From: Candidatus Limnocylindrus sp.
Lineage (GTDB): Bacteria; Chloroflexota; Limnocylindria; Limnocylindrales; Limnocylindraceae
DNA length: 64,000 nt
Direction of reading: 5' to 3'
NCBI GenBank assembly: GCA_040397175.1
Contig: JBBAWM010000002.1
Span: 21,572-85,571, forward strand
In this document: positions 20,844-29,217 of the stretch, piece by piece
Layout of the letters: the number at the start of each line of letters is the position of its first letter
Numbering within the stretch: position 1 is the first letter of the stretch
Position numbers and translations under genes: made by a program
Notes under the pieces: model-generated
The model's database searches: none
Seen by the model: the letters and a program-made list of their open reading frames with translations, nothing else
What the model was told of the DNA's origin: nothing

Positions 20844-22108
20844 GTCGCGAACTGAACGTCGTCGCTCGCCCTGCAGCCGACCGACCGGATCAGCTGCGAC
20901 CGGTGCGTCGTGCGACTCCGAGCGTCTCCGTAGGCGGGGTGCTGGTCGGCTCAGCGCATCCGATCGTCGTGCAATCTATGACCAACACCGATACGGCAGA
21001 CGCCGCTGGCACTGCTGCACAAGTCGCGCATCTAGCGCGTGCGGGCAGTCAAATCGTGCGAGTTACGGTGAATAACGATGCGGCGGCCGCGGCGATTCCC
21101 GAGATCGTACAGCGACTTGCCGACGATGGGTTGACCACGCCGATCGTGGGCGACTTCCACTACAACGGCCACAAACTCCTCGCCGCCCATCCAAAGAGTG
21201 CCTCGCTGCTGGCGAAGTATCGAATTAATCCAGGGAATGTGGGGAGCAAGCATCGCGATGAGAACTTCCAGACGATCGTGAAGGTAGCGATTGATCACGG
21301 CAAGCCTGTCCGGATTGGCGTGAATTGGGGATCGCTGGATCAAGACCTCCTGACGAAACTTATGGAAGAGAACGCCGCATCCACCACCCCGGCGAGCGCG
21401 CGAGCCGTGACGATTGAAGCGATCGTGCGCTCTGCAACTCAGTCGGCCGAACTCGCGGAGTCCACTGGGCTACCGCACGATCACATCCTGCTCTCCGCCA
21501 AGACTTCCAACGTGCGCGACCTGTTTGACGTGTACACAGAGCTTGCGGGTCGGTGCGACTACCCGCTGCATCTCGGTCTCACCGAGGCGGGGATGGGGAT
21601 GAAGGGGATCGTGGCCACGAGTGCCGCCCTCGGACATCTCTTGAACCAGGGAATCGGCGACACGATTCGCGTCTCGTTGACGCCGGAGCCAGGTGCTGAC
21701 CGCGCGCTCGAAGTTGAAGTGGCGCAGCAGATCTTGCAGTCGCTCGGCCTTCGTGCCTTCTCGCCGCAAGTCACTTCGTGCCCAGGGTGCGGGCGCACGA
21801 CGAGCACCTTCTTCCAAGAGATGGCGCAAGAGATCCAGGCGTATCTCAAGGCGCGCCTGCCAGAGTGGCGCCCGCTGCACCCTGGGGTCGAGAACCTTGA
21901 GGTCGCGGTGATGGGCTGTGTCGTCAACGGACCAGGGGAGTCGAAGCACGCGAACCTCGGGATCAGCCTGCCGGGAACATTCGAGGAGCCGGTTGCCCCC
22001 GTATTCCAGGACGGCGCCCTGCTCACTACCCTCCGCGGCGATCGGATCGTGGCGGAGTTCCTAGAGATCCTCGAGCGCTACGTAGTGGCCCACTACCCAA
22101 AGAGCTAG
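20840..22108 (+). CDS. ispG: 4-hydroxy-3-methylbut-2-enyl diphosphate synthase (flavodoxin)
   Basis: The product has the Fe-S cysteines CPGCGRT and the motif GCVVNGPGE. Confidence 0.9.
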   Translation: MSRELNVVARPAADRPDQLRPVRRATPSVSVGGVLVGSAHPIVVQSMTNTDTADAAGTAAQVAHLARAGSQIVRVTVNNDAAAAAIPEIVQRLADDGLTTPIVGDFHYNGHKLLAAHPKSASLLAKYRINPGNVGSKHRDENFQTIVKVAIDHGKPVRIGVNWGSLDQDLLTKLMEENAASTTPASARAVTIEAIVRSATQSAELAESTGLPHDHILLSAKTSNVRDLFDVYTELAGRCDYPLHLGLTEAGMGMKGIVATSAALGHLLNQGIGDTIRVSLTPEPGADRALEVEVAQQILQSLGLRAFSPQVTSCPGCGRTTSTFFQEMAQEIQAYLKARLPEWRPLHPGVENLEVAVMGCVVNGPGESKHANLGISLPGTFEEPVAPVFQDGALLTTLRGDRIVAEFLEILERYVVAHYPKS

Positions 22109-22136
22109 CGCCAGTCGTCTTTGCGCTGACGTGGGG

Positions 22137-22150
22137 CCCTCCCGGGAGGG
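22137..22150 (+). promoter_or_regulatory. perfect 14-nt palindrome CCCTCCCGGGAGGG downstream of ispG, upstream hairpin of the nusA leader
   Basis: I read it directly in the sequence. Confidence 0.35.
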
Positions 22151-22221
22151 GCACGAGCACGAAGGGGGGAGGCTCCGGATGCCCGTGGTATAGTTCCTGT
22201 AACAACGGCCGCCGAACGAGA

Positions 22222-22248
22222 GACGTGGGTGACCCCCACGTCTTTTTT
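22222..22248 (+). terminator. canonical intrinsic terminator or attenuator GACGTGGG-TGACC-CCCACGTC + TTTTTT, 33 nt upstream of the nusA start
   Basis: It is a perfect 8-bp GC-rich stem followed by a 6-T tract. It is the only classic rho-independent terminator I saw in the window. Confidence 0.6.
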
Positions 22249-22281
22249 ATCGGGGTCGCAAGTACAGAAGGGAGGCGTGAC

Positions 22282-23352
22282 GTGAGCAAAGAGCTTGTGA
22301 GCGCCCTCATTCAGCTAGGCGCTGAGCGCGGTATCGATCGAGCTGCGGTGTTGCAGGCGGCAGAGGAGTCCTATGCGGTCGCCCTCAATCGCCGACACGC
22401 CTCATCCGACATCCACGTGCGCCTCGATCCTGAATCAGGGGCAATGCGGGTCTTCCGGGCCCGCCGAGTGGTCGACGAAGTCCTCGTTCTAGGTGCTGAA
22501 TGGACGCCAGAAGAGGCCCAGGCCGCAAAGCCCGGCGCCGTGGTTGGTGACCTCATTGAACTGGAAGAGATGGACGGCGATATGGGCCGCATCGTTGCCG
22601 CCCAGGCGCGCCAGGCGCTCCAGCAGCGCCTCATCCAGATCCAGCGCGACCTGATCATGCAGTCGTTCGCGGAACGTGCCGGTGAGATTCTCACGGGTGT
22701 CGTGATGCGGGTCGACCGCCGCAACCTCGTCCTAGACGTGGGGAAGGCGGAGGCGTACCTGCCTGCCACTGAACAGTCGCAGCTCGACACCTTCCGCATC
22801 GGCGAGAACGTCAAGGCGCTTCTCCTTGAGGTGCGAACAACGGTACGTGGTCCCGAAATCCTTCTGACGCGTACGCATAAGAACTTCGTGAAGAAACTCT
22901 TCGAGCTTGAGGTTCCTGAACTGACAGCGGGAACGGTGGAGATCACCTCGATTGCTCGAGAGCCGGGAAGCCGCACCAAGATCGTTGTTGCAACGAAGCA
23001 GGTTGGTCTCGACCCGGTCGGCGCAGTTGTGGGCCAACGTGGTGCACGTGTGCAGGCTGTTGTTGAAGATCTTGGTGGCGAGAAGATCGACATCATCGCG
23101 CACACCGACGACGCAGCTGAGGCGATTGGGCGAGCCCTCTCACCAGCCCCCGTAGTCTCTGTCACGGTCGATGAAGCGGCAAAATCGGCAACCGTGGTAG
23201 TGCCCGAACGATCACTCTCGCTCGCGATCGGCGCTGGTGGGCAGAACGCTCGCCTCGCGGCGCGACTTACCGGTTTCCGAATCGACATTGCCAGTGATGG
23301 CAGTGGAGCTGCTGAAACGCCAACAGAAGCCCTAGCGGGCGAGGAGGCCTAA
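22282..23352 (+). CDS. nusA: transcription termination/antitermination factor NusA (GTG 22282 after a GGGAGG Shine-Dalgarno; ORF opens at 22225)
   Basis: The product has SKELVSALIQLGAERGID, S1 and KH domains. The nusA-ylxR-infB context is conserved. Confidence 0.9.
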   Translation: MSKELVSALIQLGAERGIDRAAVLQAAEESYAVALNRRHASSDIHVRLDPESGAMRVFRARRVVDEVLVLGAEWTPEEAQAAKPGAVVGDLIELEEMDGDMGRIVAAQARQALQQRLIQIQRDLIMQSFAERAGEILTGVVMRVDRRNLVLDVGKAEAYLPATEQSQLDTFRIGENVKALLLEVRTTVRGPEILLTRTHKNFVKKLFELEVPELTAGTVEITSIAREPGSRTKIVVATKQVGLDPVGAVVGQRGARVQAVVEDLGGEKIDIIAHTDDAAEAIGRALSPAPVVSVTVDEAAKSATVVVPERSLSLAIGAGGQNARLAARLTGFRIDIASDGSGAAETPTEALAGEEA

Positions 23353-23380
23353 GACGCCTGTCGCTCGTGCGCGTACCTGC

Positions 23381-23620
23381 GTGGCCTGCCGACGTACACA
23401 GCCGAGGGAGACGCTTGTGCGGTACGGAACCTCCGCAGATGGAGGGGTGCGCATGGGCGCAGTCGGAGGTCGAGGGGCCTGGGTCTGCCAAAGCGGTGAT
23501 GCAGCACACGACGCACTGATTGGTGACGGATTACGACGAGGATTGAGGGGCCGGATTGCGACCACAGATCTCGAACAGATTGTCACTGAGCGGCAAAGTC
23601 AACGAATAGAGAGGGGGTAG
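23381..23620 (+). CDS. ylxR: YlxR/DUF448 family RNA-binding protein
   Basis: The product has CRRTQPRETLVRYG. It lies between nusA and infB. Confidence 0.7.
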   Translation: MACRRTQPRETLVRYGTSADGGVRMGAVGGRGAWVCQSGDAAHDALIGDGLRRGLRGRIATTDLEQIVTERQSQRIERG

Positions 23621-23623
23621 CAG

Positions 23624-25495
23624 ATGACGAAGCAGCGTAAGAGCATCCGTCCACCGCGCCCCGATCGCTTGCCTCCGGAGCCGAAGCCAGCGCGCGTTGC
23701 ACAGGTGCATGATGGCATCCTCGAGTTGCCCGCCTCCATCGTCGTTGGCGATCTCGCAACGCTGCTCAAGGTAAATCCTGCCGATATTATCAATCCGCTC
23801 ATTCGCAGCGGCGTGTTTGCAACCATGAACCAGGGCATTGATCGCGAGACAGCCTCGCTCATTGCTACCGAGCTTGGCTTCACCGTCAAGGAGCCTGAGC
23901 CTGACGAAGATGAGGCTGCACCCGAGGCCACCCCTGAAGCTGTACCCGCGGCAGCGAAAACTGAATTCTTCAGCGAAGATCCAGGCGCGACGCTCATCTC
24001 GCGCGCTCCGATCGTCACCGTGATGGGCCACGTCGATCACGGTAAGACGAGCCTGCTGGATGCGCTGCGCAAGACGAGCGTTGCCGCAGGGGAGCGAGGC
24101 GGAATCACCCAACACCTTGGCGCCAGCCAGGTGCAGCGCGGCGATCGTTCGATTCTCTTCCTCGACACCCCAGGGCACGAGGCCTTTACGGCGATGCGAG
24201 CACGCGGTGCACGAGTCACGGATATTGCCATCGTTGTGGTTGCCGCTGATGACGGTGTGATGCCGCAAACTAAAGAGGCGATTAGCCACGCCCGTGCAGC
24301 GAACGTCCCCATCATCATTGCGCTCAACAAGATCGATAAGCCCGATGCCAACCCGGATCGCGTGAAGACCGAGCTTGCGGAGTCGAATGTGGTCATCGAA
24401 GATTATGGCGGCGACGTACCGCTGGTTGCGGTATCCGCACGAACGGGCATTGGCCTCGACGACCTCCTGGACATGGTTCTCCTGGTCGCTGATCTCGGTG
24501 ACTACAAGGCCGACGCGGCACGACTCGCGGTGGGCACGGTCATTGAGGCGCAGCGCGACAAGGGTCGTGGTCCAATTGCCACTGTGATCGTGCAGACGGG
24601 CACTCTCCGCGTTGGTGATCATATGGTCGTCGGTGCGATCTCAGGGAAGGTCCGCTCGCTCGAATCGACCGACGGGGGTCGCATCAAGGTGGCTGGCCCG
24701 TCGACCGCTGTGGTGGTGTCAGGTCTTCCTGAGGTCCCCGTTAGCGGTGAGATCTTCCGCATTGCGGCGGACGAGAAGGAGGCTCGCGCCTGGTCTGAAG
24801 CTGCAGCCGACGCTACCAGTGCCGGACGCGATAGTGGCCATGCGACGATGGAGGACCTCTACAAGCGTATCCAGTCTGGTGCCGGTAAAGAGGTTCGCGT
24901 AATCCTGAAATCGGATGTTGCTGGGTCACTCGGCGCGATTGAGCACCAGCTTGAGAAGATGCAGAGCGATGAGGTGCGCATCAACGTGCTCCTCTCAGCC
25001 GCCGGGGAGATCACCGAGAACGACATTCTGCTGGCATCAGCATCGGATGCGATCGTTCTTGGCTTCACGACGACGTTGACCCCAGGTGCCCGCCGCATGG
25101 CCGAAACGAACAAGGTCGACGTGCGCCTCTACGAGATCATCTACGAACTCGCCGACGACATGAAGGCTGCACTCGAAGGGATGCTCGATCCAGAGAAGTC
25201 AGAAGTTGTCGAGGGGCGAGCCGAGGTGAAGCAGCTCTTCCCTGGGAAGGGCTTTGTCATCGCCGGCTCCATCATCCGTGAGGGGCGTGTCACACGCGGC
25301 GCAAAGGTGCGCGTCATGCGCGGCGGCAATCTGGTTGCCAATGACGTGATCGAATCGCTCCGCCGTTTCCGTGATGACGTCCGTGAGGTCAAAGAGGGCC
25401 AGGAGTGCGGCATCGGGCTTGGAGCATCGGTCACCGTCCTCGAGGGTGACATCCTGGAGATCATCGGTGAGAAGTCCACGAGGCGGACCCTCTAA
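23624..25495 (+). CDS. infB: translation initiation factor IF-2 (short N-terminus)
   Basis: The product has the G-domain motifs [24 protein letters not shown] and NKID. Confidence 0.95.
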   Translation: MTKQRKSIRPPRPDRLPPEPKPARVAQVHDGILELPASIVVGDLATLLKVNPADIINPLIRSGVFATMNQGIDRETASLIATELGFTVKEPEPDEDEAAPEATPEAVPAAAKTEFFSEDPGATLISRAPIVTVMGHVDHGKTSLLDALRKTSVAAGERGGITQHLGASQVQRGDRSILFLDTPGHEAFTAMRARGARVTDIAIVVVAADDGVMPQTKEAISHARAANVPIIIALNKIDKPDANPDRVKTELAESNVVIEDYGGDVPLVAVSARTGIGLDDLLDMVLLVADLGDYKADAARLAVGTVIEAQRDKGRGPIATVIVQTGTLRVGDHMVVGAISGKVRSLESTDGGRIKVAGPSTAVVVSGLPEVPVSGEIFRIAADEKEARAWSEAAADATSAGRDSGHATMEDLYKRIQSGAGKEVRVILKSDVAGSLGAIEHQLEKMQSDEVRINVLLSAAGEITENDILLASASDAIVLGFTTTLTPGARRMAETNKVDVRLYEIIYELADDMKAALEGMLDPEKSEVVEGRAEVKQLFPGKGFVIAGSIIREGRVTRGAKVRVMRGGNLVANDVIESLRRFRDDVREVKEGQECGIGLGASVTVLEGDILEIIGEKSTRRTL

Positions 25496-25497
25496 GC

Positions 25498-25920
25498 ATG
25501 TCTGAGCGGATGCCCCGTGTCGATGAGCTGCTTAGGGAAGAGATCAGTGCCCATATTGGCCGCTCACTCAGTGATCCACGGCTCGGCTTTGTGACCGTGA
25601 CCTCTGTGTCAACATCACCAGACTTGCGGCACGCAAAAGTGTTTGTCAGCACTATCGGCAGTGAAGAACAACGAGTCGCCTCGCTTGCAGCGCTCAAGAG
25701 TGCCGCTTCTCACCTTCGCACCGTCATCGGCAAGGGGCTGCGTATTCGCCGCGTTCCTGACCTGCATTTCGAACTGGATGAGGCGGGCGATCGTGGCGCA
25801 CGCATTCAGCAGCTACTGGGAAGCATTGCCGATGGAGGCCTCCCACCTGAGACGCTCTCGCCGCTTCCGGCTCCGACACGCACAGGAGTGGAAGAGAAGA
25901 TCCGGAGGAGTAAGGGATGA
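25498..25920 (+). CDS. rbfA: ribosome-binding factor A
   Basis: The product has RVDELLREEIS, VTVTSVSTSPDLRHAKVFVS and a KH-like fold. Confidence 0.9.
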   Translation: MSERMPRVDELLREEISAHIGRSLSDPRLGFVTVTSVSTSPDLRHAKVFVSTIGSEEQRVASLAALKSAASHLRTVIGKGLRIRRVPDLHFELDEAGDRGARIQQLLGSIADGGLPPETLSPLPAPTRTGVEEKIRRSKG

Positions 25921-26984
25921 GCGAGCAGGGGATGGTGCACGCAGCGGAGTACCTCACCCGCGCGGGTAACTTGCAAGCGACCGCACGGGGCGCCGTCCCT
26001 GCAAATGTACTAGCGGCTTTACGTTCGGCAAAGCGGTTATGGGTTGTACCGCACGAGCGACCAGACGCCGACGCCCTTGGCGCCGCGCTCGGACTCAAGG
26101 CAATCCTCGGGCAGCTTGGCGCGGAGGTCGTCGTGATCAGCGCCGATGCTCCGCCTGCGGTATATGACGTCATCCCCACGATTCGTGAGGTTTCCCTTGA
26201 GGCACCAACCTGGGCCCCAGATGCGATCGTGCTGGTCGATTGCGCCGATCCAACGCGTGCCGGTCGCATTGGCGATCTCATCAACGCACTCCCAGCCTCA
26301 ACGCCACGAATCCTGATCGATCACCATGTTTCCAACGAAACTACGTGGCCCATCGCTTGGGTTGATGCGCACGCCGCTGCAACCTGCGAAATGGTCAGTC
26401 TCATTGCGCTTGCGCTGAAAGCAGATCTCTCAGCAGACGACGGAAGGCTGGCCACGACGCTCGCGGCGGGCGTGATCATGGATACCGCCACCTTTCAACA
26501 TGGCAACACGACTTCGCGGACCCTTGAAGTTGGCGGACTCCTTCTTGCGGCAGGTGCGCCGATCAGTGAGATCTCCCGAAAGATCTACCGTTCCAAGCCC
26601 CTGGCGCAGGTACAGCTGCACGCGCGTGTTTTGGCCAGCCTTGCTGCATCGGATGGGGGTCGCACCGTCTTCGCCACCATGACGCTCGGCGACCTGACGG
26701 AGTGCGGAGCCACGCTGGAAATGAGTGAAGGCATCGTTGACTCACTGGCACATGTGGCTGAGGCTGATGTGGCGATCTTCTTCAAGGAGGATGGCCCAGC
26801 CTCCGCGCGCATCTCCGTGCGGACGAAAGGGGAGGGACCCGACGCCACCGAGGTCGTTGGCGCATTCGGTGGTGGCGGTCATGCTCGCGCCGCGGGCGCG
26901 ACCATTGGCCTCCCCGTTAACGAGGCCGTCACCTTGGTGCTGGCGCGCGTGACGGAGCTTCGCGCGCACGCTGTAGCGGGCTGA
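25917..26984 (+). CDS. nrnA: DHH-DHHA1 phosphoesterase NrnA (nanoRNase/pAp phosphatase)
   Basis: The product has the DHH motif ILIDHHVSN and the DHHA1 motif GGGHARAAGA. It lies downstream of rbfA, as in Gram-positives. Confidence 0.8.
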   Translation: MSEQGMVHAAEYLTRAGNLQATARGAVPANVLAALRSAKRLWVVPHERPDADALGAALGLKAILGQLGAEVVVISADAPPAVYDVIPTIREVSLEAPTWAPDAIVLVDCADPTRAGRIGDLINALPASTPRILIDHHVSNETTWPIAWVDAHAAATCEMVSLIALALKADLSADDGRLATTLAAGVIMDTATFQHGNTTSRTLEVGGLLLAAGAPISEISRKIYRSKPLAQVQLHARVLASLAASDGGRTVFATMTLGDLTECGATLEMSEGIVDSLAHVAEADVAIFFKEDGPASARISVRTKGEGPDATEVVGAFGGGGHARAAGATIGLPVNEAVTLVLARVTELRAHAVAG

Positions 26985-26988
26985 GCGT

Positions 26989-27951
26989 ATGGCGCGGCGA
27001 CGGCCGAGCACGCCGGGTATTGACGGGGTCCTTCTCGTCGATAAGCCAAATGGTCCGACGAGCCACGACATCGTTGCCAAGATTCGCCGCATGGCTGGGC
27101 AACCGCGTATCGGGCATGGCGGCACCCTCGACCCGTTTGCGACCGGACTCCTGGTGCTCGTCCTTGGCCGCGCAACTCGCCTGGCGAGCATGCATCTGGG
27201 CGGCGAGAAGCGCTACGAGGCGACCTTCTCGTTTGGCGGGGGAACCACTACCGATGATCTTGATGGCGAGCGCCTCGGTACTCCTGGCACACCACCCTCC
27301 CAGAAGGCCATTGAGGCCCTGCTGCCCCGCTACCGGGGCGTCCTAGAGCAGGTGCCGCCATCCCACTCGGCAAAGCGCACAGACGGCGTACGGGCATATG
27401 AGCGCGCACGAGCAGGGGAGGTGGTGGAGCTCGCACCACGCCCAATTGAAATCAAGCGATTTGAGATCCTTGGTTGGGACGACTCCCACGCCGACGAGCC
27501 GCTCATGCATGCCCGGCTTGATGTGAGCTCTGGTACCTACATTCGCGCCATTGCACGCGATCTCGGTCGCGACGCAGGGAGTGGCGCACACCTCGTCGCG
27601 CTGCGGCGCGTTGGTTCTGGTGTCTTTGCGGCTACCGAGGCGCACACCATGGAGCAGATTGCCGCCGCTGCACTGGCGGGCGAACTGCGCAACTTGCTGC
27701 TGCCGCTCGACGCTGGGCTCGACCACATCGCCGCAACGGAGGTGGGCGAAAAGGGTGCGGCACTGCTGCGCGATGGCATCGCACTCCCCGTCGGCATGCT
27801 GGACAGCGCCGGCCAGGAGACGGCAGAGGGGAGCCCCCTGCGGCTGTACGTCCACGGCGCGATCGCCGCGTTCGGTCGACGCACCGCATTCGGCGCACAA
27901 CCTGAGCGCGTCTTCATTGAATCAAACGCGCTGGTAGGGCAACGCCTGTGA
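26989..27951 (+). CDS. truB: tRNA pseudouridine(55) synthase
   Basis: The product has the catalytic-Asp region GHGGTLDPFATGLLVL. Confidence 0.9.
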   Translation: MARRRPSTPGIDGVLLVDKPNGPTSHDIVAKIRRMAGQPRIGHGGTLDPFATGLLVLVLGRATRLASMHLGGEKRYEATFSFGGGTTTDDLDGERLGTPGTPPSQKAIEALLPRYRGVLEQVPPSHSAKRTDGVRAYERARAGEVVELAPRPIEIKRFEILGWDDSHADEPLMHARLDVSSGTYIRAIARDLGRDAGSGAHLVALRRVGSGVFAATEAHTMEQIAAAALAGELRNLLLPLDAGLDHIAATEVGEKGAALLRDGIALPVGMLDSAGQETAEGSPLRLYVHGAIAAFGRRTAFGAQPERVFIESNALVGQRL

Positions 27952-28787
27952 AGCGGGTGGTCGGCTGGAACGAGCTAGCGCTGGAGATGGCGCCAGGGGA
28001 GAACGCTGCGCCTGGTTCGGTTCTCACCCTCGGCATCTTCGATGGGCTCCACCGTGGCCATATGCGGCTGCTCGCCGCTGCCGAGCGACTGGCTCGGGCG
28101 GCGGGGCTCGAGCGCGTGCATATCGGCTTCACGCCACACCCTGATCAGCTGATTCGGGGCACAACCCCCCTCCAACTCCTTGATGTAGGGGAGCTCGAGC
28201 TCCGCATGGCGGGGGCGGGTGTCGACCTCTGGTGCGACCTGCCCTTCACTCCAGAGACGCGCGATACCCCCTGGGAGGAGTTCATCGAGCGTCTCGTCGG
28301 GGTGACCAAGGCGAAGGGGATCGTCCTCTCGCCAGAATCCGCATTTGGTCAGGGCCGCCAGGGGACGCTGCCTAACGTTCGAGCCTGGGGTGCCGTCCAC
28401 GGCCTACAGGTGCACCCGGTCGCCGAAGCAACCGCTGGTGGGACCCCTATTCGTAGCACCCGCATCCGCGAGGCCATTGCCGGCGGGGACCTCACTGGGG
28501 CAGCGCGCCTCCTCGCGCGACCCTATGCCCTAGTCGGTAGGCTCCAGGGTGACCAGATCCACCTGCAGCGCCATGAGGCTGCCGTGCCGCCCCCAGGGGA
28601 GTACCGGGCTCGCGTTGGGGCAGCTGGGCGCCCTGAAGGACGCCTCCCCCTCGTAGGGCGGCTCACCACCGTGCGGGTGAGTTCCGATGGGCTGACGATC
28701 ACGCTCGTGCGGCCCGAGGGCGCAGATCGACGTTTTGAGGGGGGTCCGATGCGGGTCGCCCTGCTTGGGGAGAGCCTCCAAGCGTAG
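27948..28787 (+). CDS. ribF: FAD synthetase RibF; flavokinase half appears degenerate
   Basis: The N-terminal half has the nucleotidyltransferase motif LTLGIFDGLHRGHMRLL. The C-terminal half is short and lacks the conserved GRxLGFPTAN loop. Confidence 0.8.
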   Translation: MKRVVGWNELALEMAPGENAAPGSVLTLGIFDGLHRGHMRLLAAAERLARAAGLERVHIGFTPHPDQLIRGTTPLQLLDVGELELRMAGAGVDLWCDLPFTPETRDTPWEEFIERLVGVTKAKGIVLSPESAFGQGRQGTLPNVRAWGAVHGLQVHPVAEATAGGTPIRSTRIREAIAGGDLTGAARLLARPYALVGRLQGDQIHLQRHEAAVPPPGEYRARVGAAGRPEGRLPLVGRLTTVRVSSDGLTITLVRPEGADRRFEGGPMRVALLGESLQA

Positions 28788-28871
28788 ATTTGCTACCCTA
28801 TGTACATCCAAGATGTGATGAAGAGATGAGGGGTGCCCTTGGAGCACCTCCGATGTAAGGAGAAGTACCAC

Positions 28872-29141
28872 TTGCCACTAGACCAAGCAACAACCGCACG
28901 CATCGTTGCAGACAACGGGCGTCACGGTACTGATACTGGGTCCGCAGACGTTCAGATCGCACTCCTGACGGAGCGCATTCAGGGACTGACCGCGCACCTG
29001 CAAACCTTTAAGCAGGACAACCATTCGCGCCGCGGGCTCTTGAAGCTCGTCGGTCAGCGACGTCGACTGCTGACATTTCTCAAGCGTGAAGATGCAGCGC
29101 GCTACGCCGCGCTCTCCGAGAAGCTCGGACTTCGTCGCTAA
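28872..29141 (+). CDS. rpsO: 30S ribosomal protein S15 (TTG 28872 after AAGGAG; ORF opens at 28833)
   Basis: The product has [16 protein letters not shown] and [17 protein letters not shown] and ends LGLRR. Confidence 0.9.
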   Translation: MPLDQATTARIVADNGRHGTDTGSADVQIALLTERIQGLTAHLQTFKQDNHSRRGLLKLVGQRRRLLTFLKREDAARYAALSEKLGLRR

Positions 29142-29217
29142 CCACCCCCTAGCCTCTGGCTGGGACTACATCGGCACGCGAACGGAAGAACCGTTGGCGG
29201 CCTGACAGGAGAACAGA

